Below, one piece after another: positions 33,368-44,252 of a DNA stretch of 64,000 nucleotides. Where the stretch lies: assembly GCA_046303055.1 (NCBI GenBank), contig JBKCGU010000042.1, positions 21,304-85,303 on the forward strand. Reading direction: 5' to 3'. Source of the DNA: Polaromonas sp. Lineage in GTDB: Bacteria > Pseudomonadota > Gammaproteobacteria > Burkholderiales > Burkholderiaceae_C. The stretch's first letter is position 1. The number at the start of each line of letters is the position of its first letter. A program made the position numbers and the translations under genes. The notes beneath the pieces are model-generated. The model was not told the DNA's origin, searched no databases, and saw nothing but the letters and a program-made list of their open reading frames with translations.

Positions 33368-34249
33368 TCAAGGCCCAGCTTGCGGCGCAACCATCGCCCC
33401 CTCAATTCCGTGCCTGCTCAGTGCCGCAGCCACAAAGCCGCTGGCCTTCATCTCTTCAACAAACGCTGTCACGTAACGCGCGCCAGCCTCGCGGCCTTTG
33501 GGCACACCTAAGGCCTGCTGGATCACCATGAAGCGCCCGTCCAGCAGGCGCAAGCCGGGCAGGCGATTCGCATCCAACTGCAGTTGCTGCTTGACGCCGG
33601 CGGCGACCTCTAAACCTTGGGCCAGAAAGTAGTCCACCACATCGGGGGAGGTGGGGGCACGCAGCAAGGATGCGGTCTTGATTTCCCGGCTCAGGTACAG
33701 GTCGTAGGCGCTGCCATTGCCGACGGCGATGCGGTTGCCCGGGCGGTCAACCTCGGCGTTGGTTTTGATGGGCGAGTCTTGGCGCACCAGGTAGGCGCCT
33801 TCAATGATGACGTAAGGCGGCGTTTGCAGCATGTCTGCGCCGCGCACCGGGTCAATGGCGACAAAGGCGATGTCGGCCTGTGCCGTTTTGATGGCGTCGA
33901 CCGCTTTGCCAGCCGCGTCAAAAAGCACCAGTTCAACCGGCACGCCCAAGCGCTTGCCCAGCTCTCGCGCCAGGTCCACCGACACGCCGCGCGGCTGGCC
34001 AGCGCCGTCTTTGCTGGCCAGTATGGGGTTGCCAAAATTGATCGCGGCGCGCAACTTGCCTGTGGGGGCAAGCTCTGCGGTGGGTGCTGGGGGCGTGGGT
34101 GCTGGGGGCGTGGGTGTAGATGTGGGCGATGTGGGCGATGTGGGCGATGTGGGCATGGCGCAGGCCGTCAGCAGGCTGGCCAGTGCGAATAAAAAACCAA
34201 ACCGTGAAGGGCCAGCAAGCGTTACGGGATGGTTTGGCCAAATGCTCAC
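33368..34249 (-). CDS. Orphan ABC substrate-binding lipoprotein (family 3-like)
   Basis: Lipobox-like LTAC, Pro/Thr linker, LAPTGKLRAAINFGNP, DIAFVAIDPVR; no adjacent permease. Confidence 0.85.
   Translation of the reverse strand: MSIWPNHPVTLAGPSRFGFLFALASLLTACAMPTSPTSPTSPTSTPTPPAPTPPAPTAELAPTGKLRAAINFGNPILASKDGAGQPRGVSVDLARELGKRLGVPVELVLFDAAGKAVDAIKTAQADIAFVAIDPVRGADMLQTPPYVIIEGAYLVRQDSPIKTNAEVDRPGNRIAVGNGSAYDLYLSREIKTASLLRAPTSPDVVDYFLAQGLEVAAGVKQQLQLDANRLPGLRLLDGRFMVIQQALGVPKGREAGARYVTAFVEEMKASGFVAAALSRHGIEGAMVAPQAGP
34081..34154. repeat. Coding tandem repeats (15 bp x2 and 9 bp x3.8) in the lipoprotein linker
   Basis: tgggtgctgggggcg twice; tgtgggcga three times plus a partial copy; encodes PTSPTSPTS...TPPAPTPPAP. 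Confidence 0.85.
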
Positions 34250-35028
34250 TCAACCTTGGCTTTGTCCCTCAGGCCTTGCTGGTAGGCGCCCAGGCGCTGC
34301 TGTTCGATCTGCTGCGCAATTTGCGGCTTGAGTTCGTCAAACGAGGGCAGTTGGGCGGTGCGGATGTCGTCAACGCGGATGATGTGAAAGCCGAACTGGG
34401 TCTTGACGGGCGCGTCCGTCATCTGGCCTTTGTTGAGTTTCAGCATGGCTTCGGTGAACTCGGCCACGTAGCTGCTGGGGTTGGCCCAATCCAGGTCGCC
34501 ACCGTTGGCTCCTGAGCCAGAGTCTTTCGACTGTTTTTTGGCGAGGTCTTCAAACTTGCCGCCCTTTTTGAGGCTGGCAATGATGGCTTTGGCCTCGGCT
34601 TCTTTTTCAACCAGAATGTGCCGTGCCTTGTATTCCTTGCCACCGTTGGCTGCTGAAAACTTGTCGTACTCGCCTTTCAGCTCTGCGTCGGTCACCGCGT
34701 TTTTCTTTTTGAAGTCTTCAACCAGCGCGGTGATGAGAATGCTTTGGCGCGCAATTTCCATTTGGCTTTTGAACTCGTCGCTGCCGCCAAGACCGAGTTT
34801 TTCAGCTTCCTGGGCAAAAATTTCCCGAACAATCACCGCCTCTCGCATTTGCGCCTGTACGTCGGGCGTGACCGGACGGCCCGACTTGGCCACTTGTTGG
34901 GCCAGAGCATCCAGGCGAGCTTTTGGCACCGCCTTGCCGTTGATGATGGCAATGTTTTGCGCCAAAGCGCTTTGCGCGGTGACGGCCATCAGTGCGGCAG
35001 CGCAGACAAGTAAGAGTTGCTTTTTCAT
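34246..35028 (-). CDS. Parvulin-type periplasmic peptidyl-prolyl isomerase (PpiC/SurA-like)
   Basis: Signal peptide MKKQLLL..., EYKARHILV, SKD.GSG.NGGDLDW, TQFGFHII. Confidence 0.93.
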   Translation of the reverse strand: MKKQLLLVCAAALMAVTAQSALAQNIAIINGKAVPKARLDALAQQVAKSGRPVTPDVQAQMREAVIVREIFAQEAEKLGLGGSDEFKSQMEIARQSILITALVEDFKKKNAVTDAELKGEYDKFSAANGGKEYKARHILVEKEAEAKAIIASLKKGGKFEDLAKKQSKDSGSGANGGDLDWANPSSYVAEFTEAMLKLNKGQMTDAPVKTQFGFHIIRVDDIRTAQLPSFDELKPQIAQQIEQQRLGAYQQGLRDKAKVE

Positions 35029-35068
35029 GAAAGTCCTGTGGAAAGTAAGAGTAAGTTTTTGGGGAAGG

Positions 35069-35350
35069 TTATTCGAGGATGTCGATGGCCAGGGCGTGCA
35101 GGCCCTGGTCGATAAAAATTTGCACTGCATCATACACAAGCCGATGCTTGGCCACACGGGTCTTGCCTGCAAACGCCGGGCTGGCAATGCGCACCCGAAA
35201 GTGCGTGCCAAAACCTTCGGCATTGGCCCCCACGTGCCCGGCGTGATCCGCGCTTTCGTCAATCACCTGAAGCTGTGTGGGCTGCAGCTTTGCGATGAGT
35301 TGTTGCTCAATGGCCGCGCTGTGCACGGGCGGTGTTGCAGGGGCGCTCAC
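35069..35350 (-). CDS. bolA: BolA family protein
   Basis: [32 protein letters not shown]. Confidence 0.93.
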   Translation of the reverse strand: MSAPATPPVHSAAIEQQLIAKLQPTQLQVIDESADHAGHVGANAEGFGTHFRVRIASPAFAGKTRVAKHRLVYDAVQIFIDQGLHALAIDILE

Positions 35351-35892
35351 GAGCTGATCTTTTCATCATCTGATTGCAGGTATTTGGCGATGTACAGGCC
35401 TTGCCCGACCAGAAACACCAGCGGCAGGGCATAACCCCACAGCTTGAAGTTGACCCACTGCTCGGTGGTGTAAAACAAGGCCACATAGGCGTTGAGTGCG
35501 GCCATGAAAAAGCTGTAGATGACCCAAATGGTGGTCAGGTTGCGCCAGATCGGGTCCGGCATTTTGAGTTGTGAGCCCAACATCATTTTGAGGAAGTTTT
35601 TCTTCAAAACCCACAAGCCGAAAGCCAGAGCCAGGCCGGTAAACGCATATAAAACGGTGGGTTTGATTTTGACGAAGCGCTCATCATGAAAGCCTAGCGT
35701 CAGCGCACCAAAGCCCAGCACCAGCGCCAGCGTCACCTTGTGCATGGTTTGCAAATGGCCGTCGAGCTTGTACAAGATGGCCATCTGCACGCTGGTCGCC
35801 ACCATGATGACGCCGGTGGCGACGTAGATGTCATACATCTTGAACGCGCCGAAAAACAGCAGGATGGGGAGAAAATCGAGGAGTTGCTTCAT
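35347..35892 (-). CDS. yciB: Inner membrane septation protein A (YciB/IspZ)
   Basis: [27 protein letters not shown]. Confidence 0.93.
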   Translation of the reverse strand: MKQLLDFLPILLFFGAFKMYDIYVATGVIMVATSVQMAILYKLDGHLQTMHKVTLALVLGFGALTLGFHDERFVKIKPTVLYAFTGLALAFGLWVLKKNFLKMMLGSQLKMPDPIWRNLTTIWVIYSFFMAALNAYVALFYTTEQWVNFKLWGYALPLVFLVGQGLYIAKYLQSDDEKISS

Positions 35893-35924
35893 GAAAGTGA
35901 TTATCGTGCCAGCTGAAAACGCGC

Positions 35925-36018
35925 AGCGACGGGCCGCCCCGAGCAAGTGACGGCCCCAAGACTCAAGGAAAGGGGCAGCGAAGTGCCGCAGGCTCGCGAA
36001 GCGACAAGTGTGGGGGTC
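35925..36018 (-). repeat. GC-rich palindromic element (family B variant) between msrB and yciB
   Basis: Reverse complement starts gacccccacacttgtcgcttcgcg...cgctgcccc, as in the other family B copies; overlaps the msrB stop codon. Confidence 0.7.
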
Positions 36019-36430
36019 ATTTAGTGGGCTTGAAGTCCAGTGATGCCGAATTCATGCAGTAGCGAAGCCCCGTCGGTGACGGCCCGTCGTTGAACACGTG
36101 GCCCAAATGCGCGCCACAGGTGGTGCAAACCGTCTCTGTGCGGCGCATGCCGTACTTCATGTCGACATGCTCGGTAATCGCCGTTTCATTGGCGGCCTGT
36201 GAAAAGCTGGGCCAGCCGCAACCCGCGTCGAACTTTGTTTCAGAGTCAAACAGCTTTTCACCGCAGCACATGCAGTGGTAAGCACCGTTGGCCCAGACAG
36301 TTTCGTATTTGCCCGAGAAAGCGCGCTCGGTGCCGGCATGGCGGGTGACTTCAAAAGCAACAGCTTCTGCGCCTTTTTCTTTGAGCAGGGCTTTCCACTC
36401 AGCATCGGTTTTCTGGATTTTGGGGGTCAT
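36017..36430 (-). CDS. msrB: Peptide-methionine (R)-S-oxide reductase
   Basis: GTERAFSG, CxxC pairs, [27 protein letters not shown]. Confidence 0.97.
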   Translation of the reverse strand: MTPKIQKTDAEWKALLKEKGAEAVAFEVTRHAGTERAFSGKYETVWANGAYHCMCCGEKLFDSETKFDAGCGWPSFSQAANETAITEHVDMKYGMRRTETVCTTCGAHLGHVFNDGPSPTGLRYCMNSASLDFKPTK

Positions 36431-36449
36431 TCGTTGCTTTCTAAAAAGA

Positions 36450-37922
36450 TCAGGAGCTGCAGCTGATTTCAATGCCGCTGGCCCACTCTGGCGGAAAGCC
36501 AGCCAGCGCATCATGGTCAGCATGCTCATCAAATGGGGCTTGCAAGGTGTCTAACAAGGTGTGGATCTTTGAGTAGTCTTTGAGTTTCGCGGCGCGGATG
36601 GCTTCTTCGCCCAAATGGTTGCGCAACACGTATTTCGGGTTGCTTTTGAGCATCAAAATAGCTCTTGAATTGGCCTCCAGGCCAATAGATTCATGGGTTA
36701 ACAGCTCTGAATAGTGTAGCGCCCAGGCATTGAAGGATTCCCGGTCAAAAAACAAATCACGCAGTCGCTCATGCCCGCTTTGCGGGGTAAACGCACACAG
36801 TCGCCGCCAGAAAATGGTGTAGTCCACTTTGTTGTCGGCCAGCAGCTTGAAGGTGCTTTCAATCAGCGCGTTGGTGTCGGGTGTCGCCTGGATCAAGCCC
36901 AGTTTGGCGAGCATGTTGCCGCCCAGTGCAGCGGGGAAGATGGCTTTGTACGGCTCGAGCGCTGCCAGCGCCAGGTCTTGCTCGCCGATCAGCGGCAGCA
37001 GGGCTTGGCCCAAGCAAAACAAATTCCAGTAGCCGATGTTTGGCTGCTTGTTGTAGGCATAGCGGCCATGGGTGTCCGAATGGTTACAGATGTGAGTTGG
37101 GTCAAAAGCGTCCAGAAACTGGAACGGGCCGTAATCAATCGTCAACCCCAAAATACTCATGTTGTCGGTGTTCATCACGCCGTGGCAAAAGCCGACCGAT
37201 TGCCACGCCGCCATCAGGTGAGCGGTGCGTTCGCTCACGGCTTCAAGCAGCGCGGCGTAGGGGTTGGCCGCATCACGGCAGGCCGGGTAAAAGCTGTCGA
37301 TGACAAAGTCAGCCAGGGCTTTGAGCTCGACATGCCTATCGTTGTAGCTGAAGTGCTCAAAATGGCCAAAGCGGATAAAACTGGGCGCCGTGCGGGTGAC
37401 GACGGCGGCGGTTTCAATGTCTTCGCGCAACACTTTGGCGTCCGAGCCAGTCAGGCACAGCGCTCTGGTGGTCGGTATGCCCAGGCCGTGCATGGCTTCA
37501 GAGCATAAATATTCACGGATGGACGAACGCAGCACGGCCCGGCCATCGCCCATGCGGGAGTAGGGCGTTTTGCCAGCGCCTTTAAGCTGAACCTCCCGAC
37601 CGCCCGAAGGCGTGTCAAGTTCACCCAGCAAAATGGCCCTGCCATCGCCGAGCTGCCCCGCCCATTGGCCAAACTGGTGGCCGCTGTACACGCTGGCCAG
37701 CGGTTCGCTACCGCTCAGAACGCTGTTGCCGACCAAGGCATGCAATGCCTCATGCGATTCAAACCAGTCTGCTTCGAGGCCCAGTTCCCGCGCAACTGCC
37801 TGGTTGCGGCTGATCCAGTAGGGTGCAGGCAGCGCCTGGGGCCGCAAGCGGGTTGAAAAGTTCTCACCCAATCGGGCAAAGCGGTTGTTCCAGGCTAATG
37901 GTTGCGAGAGATCAGTCGTCAT
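36450..37922 (-). CDS. selO: Protein adenylyltransferase SelO (YdiU)
   Basis: [52 protein letters not shown]-terminal ISCSS. Confidence 0.96.
   Translation of the reverse strand: MTTDLSQPLAWNNRFARLGENFSTRLRPQALPAPYWISRNQAVARELGLEADWFESHEALHALVGNSVLSGSEPLASVYSGHQFGQWAGQLGDGRAILLGELDTPSGGREVQLKGAGKTPYSRMGDGRAVLRSSIREYLCSEAMHGLGIPTTRALCLTGSDAKVLREDIETAAVVTRTAPSFIRFGHFEHFSYNDRHVELKALADFVIDSFYPACRDAANPYAALLEAVSERTAHLMAAWQSVGFCHGVMNTDNMSILGLTIDYGPFQFLDAFDPTHICNHSDTHGRYAYNKQPNIGYWNLFCLGQALLPLIGEQDLALAALEPYKAIFPAALGGNMLAKLGLIQATPDTNALIESTFKLLADNKVDYTIFWRRLCAFTPQSGHERLRDLFFDRESFNAWALHYSELLTHESIGLEANSRAILMLKSNPKYVLRNHLGEEAIRAAKLKDYSKIHTLLDTLQAPFDEHADHDALAGFPPEWASGIEISCSS
36667..36720 (+). repeat. 54-bp element (family A) inside selO
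   Basis: gaattggcctccaggccaatagattcatgggttaacagctctgaatagtgtagc; antisense reads [18 protein letters not shown]. Confidence 0.8.
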
Positions 37923-38040
37923 GCCCAAATTGTCTCCCAAGCGCCATGGTGTGCTGGGTTCAGGGGGAATTCCCCATGCACGGGTCTGGCGGGTACGGCA
38001 TGATAGGGACTTGTTTTTGATGACCACTGGAGATGTTGAA

Positions 38041-39666
38041 ATGCTAGGTTTAATGCAAAGTCAGCCGATGCTGATTTCAGGTTTGATCGAATTTGCCGAA
38101 CGACACCACGGTGACGCAGAAATTGTGTCGCGCCGGGTGGAAGGTGATATTCACCGCTACACCTACAAGGACTCGGCCAAACGCGCCCGGCAGGTGGCAG
38201 GCGCGCTGGATGGACTGCAGCTGGCGTTCGGCGACCGTGTCGCCACGTTGGCGTGGAACGGCTACCGGCACTTTGAGCTGTACTACGGCGTTAGCGGCTC
38301 GGGTCGGGTGCTGCACACGATCAACCCGCGACTGCACCCAGACCAGATCGCCTGGATAGCCAATCATGCTGAAGACCAGGTGCTGTGTTTTGACCTCAGC
38401 TTTTTGCCGCTGGTGCAAGCGGTGCATGCCAGGGCTGGCACCATCAAGCACTACATTGCGATGTGCGACGACGACAAGCTGCCCAAAGATTCAGGCGTGC
38501 CGAATCTCATCAGCTACGAGGCCTGGATCGCAGCGCAGTCCGGCGCTTATCAATGGCCCAGTTTTGATGAAAACACAGCATCAAGCATGTGCTACACCAG
38601 CGGCACCACGGGCAACCCCAAAGCCGCGCTGTACAGCCACCGCTCCAGCACGCTGCACGCTTACGCGGCTGCGCTGCCGGACGTGATGAGTCTGTCGGCC
38701 CGCGACGCCGTGCTGCCTGTGGTGCCAATGTTTCACGTCAATGCCTGGGGCATTCCGTACTCGGCTGCTTTGACGGGGGCCAAGCTGGTGTTTCCCGGCC
38801 CGGCGATGGACGGCAAATCGATTTACGAACTGCTGGAAGCTGAAAAAGTCACCTATGCCGCGGGCGTGCCCACGGTGTGGCAGATGCTGCTGGCGCACAT
38901 GGCTGCCAACGGTTTGAAGTTTTCACACCTCAAGCGCACGGTGATTGGCGGCTCGGCCTGCCCGCCGGCCATGATCAAGGCCTTTAACGATGACTATGGC
39001 GTGGAGGTGCTGCACGCCTGGGGCATGACTGAAATGAGCCCCCTGGGCACGCTGTGCACGCTGAAAAACAAACACGATGCCTTGAGTACTGACGAAAAAA
39101 TGAAGATTCGCCTCAAGCAGGGACGGGCCATTTACGGCGTTGACATGAAAATTGTCGACGAGGCTGGCAAAGAACTGCCGTGGGACGGCAAAACCTACGG
39201 TGACTTGCTGGTCAAGGGGCCGTGGATTGTTCGCCAATACTACAAGGGCGAGGGCGGTGACCCGTTAATCGATGGCTGGTTTCCCACAGGCGATGTTGGC
39301 ACGATTGACGCAGACGGTTACCTGCAAATTACCGACCGCAGCAAGGACGTGATCAAGTCTGGTGGTGAATGGATCAGCTCAATTGACATCGAAAACATTG
39401 CTGTGGCGCACCCAGCGGTGGCGATGGCCGCCTGCATTGGCGTGGCGCACCCCAAGTGGGACGAGCGGCCGATTGTGGCGGTGGTCAAAAAGCCGGGCAT
39501 GGATGTCACGGCTGCTGAGCTGATCAAGTTTTATGAAGGCAAGACAGCGAAGTGGCAAATACCTGATGACGTCGTTTTTGTCGATGCCATTCCTTTAGGC
39601 GCTACGGGAAAGATGCTGAAGACCAGGCTGCGTGAAACTTTGAAAGATTACAAGCTTCCGGGCTGA
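38041..39666 (+). CDS. Acyl-CoA ligase (FadD/DmdB-like, 3-methylthiopropionate-CoA ligase family)
   Basis: [27 protein letters not shown]...[16 protein letters not shown]. Confidence 0.93.
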   Translation: MLGLMQSQPMLISGLIEFAERHHGDAEIVSRRVEGDIHRYTYKDSAKRARQVAGALDGLQLAFGDRVATLAWNGYRHFELYYGVSGSGRVLHTINPRLHPDQIAWIANHAEDQVLCFDLSFLPLVQAVHARAGTIKHYIAMCDDDKLPKDSGVPNLISYEAWIAAQSGAYQWPSFDENTASSMCYTSGTTGNPKAALYSHRSSTLHAYAAALPDVMSLSARDAVLPVVPMFHVNAWGIPYSAALTGAKLVFPGPAMDGKSIYELLEAEKVTYAAGVPTVWQMLLAHMAANGLKFSHLKRTVIGGSACPPAMIKAFNDDYGVEVLHAWGMTEMSPLGTLCTLKNKHDALSTDEKMKIRLKQGRAIYGVDMKIVDEAGKELPWDGKTYGDLLVKGPWIVRQYYKGEGGDPLIDGWFPTGDVGTIDADGYLQITDRSKDVIKSGGEWISSIDIENIAVAHPAVAMAACIGVAHPKWDERPIVAVVKKPGMDVTAAELIKFYEGKTAKWQIPDDVVFVDAIPLGATGKMLKTRLRETLKDYKLPG

Positions 39667-39800
39667 TTTTTGCAGGTGTCGCGTCGGCGATAGCGGCGCG
39701 CTTTTTGCGGCTTTCCTGAGGGCATTCCCTAGCCGCAGACGATAGAAATACTTGTACGCTCAAACTTGTACGCGTTGTTTTAACTAACGGAGACCAAACC

Positions 39801-41033
39801 ATGAAGTATTCCTTGAAAGTTGTAGTTGCCAGTGTGGCGGTTCTTTGTTCTGCTGCCGTGTTCGCGCAAAAAGGCGAGACGGTCAAAATGGTCAGGATCG
39901 ATCCGCTCACCGGCTTACTCGGCCCAGTCGGCGTGAGCCAGCTCAAAGGCTATCAGTTCTTTGCTGAAAAGTTCAGCGGCGCTGGCAACCCCGCTGGCGT
40001 GAAGTTTGAAGTCACTGGCATAGACAACAAACTGAGCCCGACAGAAAGTTTGACCGCACTCAAAGCGGCCATTGATCAAGGCGTCAGGTACATCATTCAA
40101 GGCAACGGATCTTCGGTAGCACTGGCGTTGTCCGATGCTGTTTCCAAGCACAACGAACGCAATCCAGGCAAGGAAGTTATTTTTCTTAACGACTCAGCGG
40201 TCGACCCGGACCTGACCAACAGCAAGTGCAGCTATTGGCATTTCCGGTTTGATGCGGACACCTCCATGAAGATGGAAGCCATGTCCAGCTTTATGGTGGA
40301 TCAAAAAGACGTCAAGAAAATCTATATCTTGGGCCAGAATTATTCGCACGGCGTGCAGGTTGCCAAGTTCGCCAAGGAAACGCTGGCTCGCAAGCGACCT
40401 GATATTCAGATCGTCGGCGAAGATTTGCATCCACTGGCACAAACGCGAGATTTTGCGCCCTACATCGCCAAGATCAAGGCTGCAGGCGCTGACGCCGTGA
40501 TCACTGGCAACTGGGGTTCCGATTTGTCCCTGTTGATCAAGGCTGCCAACGAGAATGGTTACACCGGCAAGTTTTTTACTTACTATGCTGGTGTCACGGG
40601 TACGCCGTCTGCTTTGGGCACCAATGGTGCCGGGCGGGTTTACCAGGTGTCTTACAACCACTACAACATGGGTGGGCAAATGGATAAGTGGATGAAAGAG
40701 TTCAACACCAAATACAACGACGACTTTTACACCGGATCGACCGTTCGTATTTTTGAAGTGCTGGGCGCCGCCATGGCCAAAGCCAAATCGACCGATCCAG
40801 TCAAGGTGGCTGCTGCTATGGAAGGCATCAAGGTCAAGAGCTTCAACGGAGAAGTCGAAATGCGCAAGACTGATCACCAGTTGCAACAGCCTCTGTACAT
40901 CACGGTTTGGCAGAAAGCCGACGCCAAGTTTCCCTACAGTCCTGAAAAAACCGGTATGACGCTGGCGCCGGTCAAGGACTATCCCAACTATGTGTCCAGC
41001 ACGCCAACCAGCTGCCAAATGAAGCGCCCGTAG
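39801..41033 (+). CDS. Liv-type (HAAT) ABC transporter substrate-binding protein
   Basis: Signal peptide, PBP1 fold motifs (DFAPYIAKIK..GAD.VITGNWG.DL); leads a livHMGF-like operon. Confidence 0.9.
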   Translation: MKYSLKVVVASVAVLCSAAVFAQKGETVKMVRIDPLTGLLGPVGVSQLKGYQFFAEKFSGAGNPAGVKFEVTGIDNKLSPTESLTALKAAIDQGVRYIIQGNGSSVALALSDAVSKHNERNPGKEVIFLNDSAVDPDLTNSKCSYWHFRFDADTSMKMEAMSSFMVDQKDVKKIYILGQNYSHGVQVAKFAKETLARKRPDIQIVGEDLHPLAQTRDFAPYIAKIKAAGADAVITGNWGSDLSLLIKAANENGYTGKFFTYYAGVTGTPSALGTNGAGRVYQVSYNHYNMGGQMDKWMKEFNTKYNDDFYTGSTVRIFEVLGAAMAKAKSTDPVKVAAAMEGIKVKSFNGEVEMRKTDHQLQQPLYITVWQKADAKFPYSPEKTGMTLAPVKDYPNYVSSTPTSCQMKRP

Positions 41034-41051
41034 TTAACGACGACGCCCAAG

Positions 41052-41084
41052 AGCCCGAGCCGGTTTGCCGTGTCGGGCTTTTTT
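41052..41084 (+). terminator. Intrinsic terminator/attenuator between SBP and permease genes
   Basis: agcccga...tcgggct stem followed by a T-run. Confidence 0.75.
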
Positions 41085-41122
41085 ATTGAACATGTCAGCG
41101 CACATAGAAAAGGTTAACTGCG

Positions 41123-42157
41123 ATGGAGTTTTTCATCATTTCCATGCTCAATGGTTTGAGTTATGGTTTGCTCCTCTTCATGCTGAGTTCAGGGCTGACC
41201 CTGATTTTCAGCATGATGGGTGTGCTTAACTTTGCGCATGCTTCTTTTTACATGCTGGGCGCTTATGTGGGCTACACCCTCGCACGTTTTACTGGTTTTT
41301 GGCCTGCGCTTGTCTTGGCGCCTATCGTTGTGGGTGGGCTTGGGGCCTTGTTCGAGCGTCTGTGCCTGCGTAAAGTGCACAAATTTGGACATGTGCCCGA
41401 ACTACTGATCACGTTTGGTCTGTCTTACGTCATCGTCGAATTGGTACAACTGATTTGGGGTCGTACGGCGCTGGACTTCAAGCCGCCGGAATTGTTAAGA
41501 GGGCCTGCTTTCACCCTCATTAATCATTCGCTCGAAGGCATCAGCCTTCACTTTGGTGCCGTGCCTGCGGCCATGTGCAGTGCAGCTGATTCAGCGGTTC
41601 GCGTGGTGTGCTCACCCTTCCCCGCGACGCGCGGTTTCATGATGTTGGTGGCGCTGGTCATGCTGGGAGCTGTGTGGGTATTGCTAACACGGACAAGAGT
41701 TGGGCTGGTGATTCAGGCGGCTTTGACGCACCCAACGACTGTCGAGGCCTTGGGCCATAACGTTCCCCGCGTTTTCATGCTGGTGTTTGGTGCTGGATCA
41801 GCGCTTGCGGGACTTGCTGGGGTCATTGGCGGTAGTACGTTTTTAACTGAGCCGGCAATGGCTGCGACGGTTGGTTCCGTCATCTTTGTCGTCGTCGTGG
41901 TGGGCGGTATGGGCTCTTTGTCCGGCGCTTTTGTCGCTTCTATCTTGATCGGCACTATTCAGACCTTTGCTGTTGCGTTTGATTATTCTCTTGCCACGCT
42001 GGCCCAGCAAATGGGCCTGCAGTTAGGGGATGCCTTGCGAAACAATACGCTGATCAAGCTGACGCTGGCGCAGGTCGCGCCGATCCTGCCGTACCTGTTT
42101 CTGGTACTTATTTTGATATTCCGTCCTAAAGGCTTGCTTGGCAAGCGAGAGGACTAA
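41123..42157 (+). CDS. livH: Liv-type ABC permease (LivH-like)
   Basis: GLTLIFSMMGVLNFAHAS, VVVVGGMGSLSGA. Confidence 0.88.
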   Translation: MEFFIISMLNGLSYGLLLFMLSSGLTLIFSMMGVLNFAHASFYMLGAYVGYTLARFTGFWPALVLAPIVVGGLGALFERLCLRKVHKFGHVPELLITFGLSYVIVELVQLIWGRTALDFKPPELLRGPAFTLINHSLEGISLHFGAVPAAMCSAADSAVRVVCSPFPATRGFMMLVALVMLGAVWVLLTRTRVGLVIQAALTHPTTVEALGHNVPRVFMLVFGAGSALAGLAGVIGGSTFLTEPAMAATVGSVIFVVVVVGGMGSLSGAFVASILIGTIQTFAVAFDYSLATLAQQMGLQLGDALRNNTLIKLTLAQVAPILPYLFLVLILIFRPKGLLGKRED

Positions 42158-42160
42158 AGC

Positions 42161-43453
42161 ATGAGTAAAAGTCATTACGAATTTGAGCCGATTAACGTCG
42201 GGCGCTGGCTGGTCTGGAGTTTGTTTGCGCTCCTGTTGGCGCTGGCCCCTTTGGTGTTTAACAGTGGACTGTCAATCACTGTTCTTTCGCAAATGGGCAT
42301 CGCCATCATCGCGTGCCTGTCTTACAACATGCTGCTGGGGCAGGGCGGCATGTTGAGCTTTGGTCATGCGGTGTATACAGGTCTTGGTTCGTTTGTAGCC
42401 ATTCATGCGCTGAACAGCGTGACTGGTGGCTCGCTCCCCATTCCGATGGCAGCGGTGCCATTGATTGGCGGCCTGGCTGGGATGGGTTTTGCGGTCCTGT
42501 TTGGATACGTCACAACACGCAAGTCGGGCACTACTTTTGCCATGATTACTCTGGGCCTGGGTGAACTTGTTTTTTCCATGTCGTTGATGGTTCCAGAGTT
42601 TTTTGGGGGCGAGGGGGGGGTGTCGGGTAATCGCATGGTTAAAAATGGCTTTTTGGGTATTACCTTTGGGCCGCCTATCCAGGTTTATTACCTGATCGCG
42701 ATCTACACATTTTTCGCTGTGGCCGCCATGTTCGCTTTCACGCGAACGCCACTTGGCCGCATGCTCAATGCGGTTCGTGACAATCCTGAACGTGTTGAGT
42801 TCGTCGGTTACAACACGCAGCGCGTTCGATACACGGCTTTTATCCTCGCCGGGTTTTTTGCCGGTGTTTCCGGCGGGCTAGGCGCACTGAACTTTGAGAT
42901 TGTGAACTTCGAAGTCTTGGGTGCTGCAAGGTCTGGCGCCTATCTGTTGTTTACTTTCCTTGGCGGTGCAACCTTCTTTTTTGGCCCCATTATTGGTGCT
43001 GTCATGATGGTGCTGGCCTTTGTACTGTTCAGTGAATTCACCCGGGCTTGGTTGCTGTACCTCGGCCTGATCTTCCTTTTCACGGTGATGTATGCGCCAG
43101 GCGGTATCGCGAGTTTGATCATGATGAATCTGCGCGTTGCAGCCTTCGGTCGCTTGCGGGAGCTGTGGGTCAGTTACCTGGGGCTTGCGATGACCGGGCT
43201 GGTCGGATTGCTCGGAGCAGCTGCCATGATTGAAATGGTTTACCACCTGCAGCTCAATGCCACCCTCGGGTCGGAGCTTAAGTTTTTGGGAATCGCGTTG
43301 AACCCAGCTGGCCTGAACAGCTGGTTTGGTTCGGCGTTTGTATTTTTCACAGGACTTGGCCTGTTCGAAGTTGTCAGGCGGCAGTTTTTGCGTGAATGGA
43401 GCGAGATTCAGGAATACATCGAGAAAGAAACCAAGCGGAGGGACGCGTTATGA
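42161..43453 (+). CDS. livM: Liv-type ABC permease (LivM-like)
   Basis: GQGGMLSFGHA, FAMITLGLGELV, GGEGG, AVRDNPER. Confidence 0.88.
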   Translation: MSKSHYEFEPINVGRWLVWSLFALLLALAPLVFNSGLSITVLSQMGIAIIACLSYNMLLGQGGMLSFGHAVYTGLGSFVAIHALNSVTGGSLPIPMAAVPLIGGLAGMGFAVLFGYVTTRKSGTTFAMITLGLGELVFSMSLMVPEFFGGEGGVSGNRMVKNGFLGITFGPPIQVYYLIAIYTFFAVAAMFAFTRTPLGRMLNAVRDNPERVEFVGYNTQRVRYTAFILAGFFAGVSGGLGALNFEIVNFEVLGAARSGAYLLFTFLGGATFFFGPIIGAVMMVLAFVLFSEFTRAWLLYLGLIFLFTVMYAPGGIASLIMMNLRVAAFGRLRELWVSYLGLAMTGLVGLLGAAAMIEMVYHLQLNATLGSELKFLGIALNPAGLNSWFGSAFVFFTGLGLFEVVRRQFLREWSEIQEYIEKETKRRDAL

Positions 43454-44250
43454 ACGCCAGCCGTTCTTCCGGGTCCAACCCTGCCATTGCCCTCGAACTG
43501 AAAGATTTGCGCAAAAGTTTCGGCAAAACCGAAATCATTCGCGGGATCAATCTGGCCGTCACTGCTGGCGAGCGGGTTGCCATCATCGGGCCCAACGGCG
43601 CGGGCAAGTCGACACTTTTCAATCTGATCAGTGGGCGCTTTGAGCCCAGCAGCGGTGACGTGCTGCTCAATGGCCAAAGCATCAATGGAAAAAAGCCTTA
43701 CGAGATCAACCGGTTGGGTTTGTCGCGCAGCTTTCAGATTACCAATATCTTCCCGAAGCTCAGCGTGTTTGAAAACCTCCGCTGCAGCGTTCTCTGGAGT
43801 CTTGGCTACAAGTACACGTTTTTTAAATTTCTCGCCGGCCTTGACGATGCCAATGACCGGGCGGAGGAATTGATGGAGATGATCAAGCTCGACAAGAAGC
43901 GCGACGTGCTGGGCATGAACCTGACCTATGCCGAGCAACGCGCGCTTGAAATTGGTATCACCATCGCGGGCGGCGCTGGTGTGATTCTGCTGGACGAACC
44001 GACCGCTGGCATGAGCCGGTCTGAAACGACGCGCTTCATCAAGTTGATCAAGGACGTCACGGTTGGCAAGACGCTTCTCACGGTGGAGCACGATATGGGT
44101 GTGGTTTTCGGTCTGGCTGACAAAATTGCCGTCGTGGTCTATGGGGAAGTCATCGCTTTTGACGTGCCTGAGGCAGTCCGCGCTGACCCACGTGTTCAAG
44201 AGGCTTATCTGGGCTCATCGGTCGCCGACCAGCAAACGGGAGGGCACTGA
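43450..44250 (+). CDS. livG: Liv-type ABC ATP-binding protein (LivG-like)
   Basis: GPNGAGKST, LLDEPTAG, VEHDM, VQEAYLG. Confidence 0.92.
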   Translation: MNASRSSGSNPAIALELKDLRKSFGKTEIIRGINLAVTAGERVAIIGPNGAGKSTLFNLISGRFEPSSGDVLLNGQSINGKKPYEINRLGLSRSFQITNIFPKLSVFENLRCSVLWSLGYKYTFFKFLAGLDDANDRAEELMEMIKLDKKRDVLGMNLTYAEQRALEIGITIAGGAGVILLDEPTAGMSRSETTRFIKLIKDVTVGKTLLTVEHDMGVVFGLADKIAVVVYGEVIAFDVPEAVRADPRVQEAYLGSSVADQQTGGH

Positions 44251-44252
44251 TC

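Noticed and set aside
36437-36465. Selenocysteine recoding at the selO TGA, or a repeat copy there
   Set aside because: The CSS-stop ending is the normal Cys-type bacterial SelO terminus. The agctcctga similarity to family A covers only a few bases.
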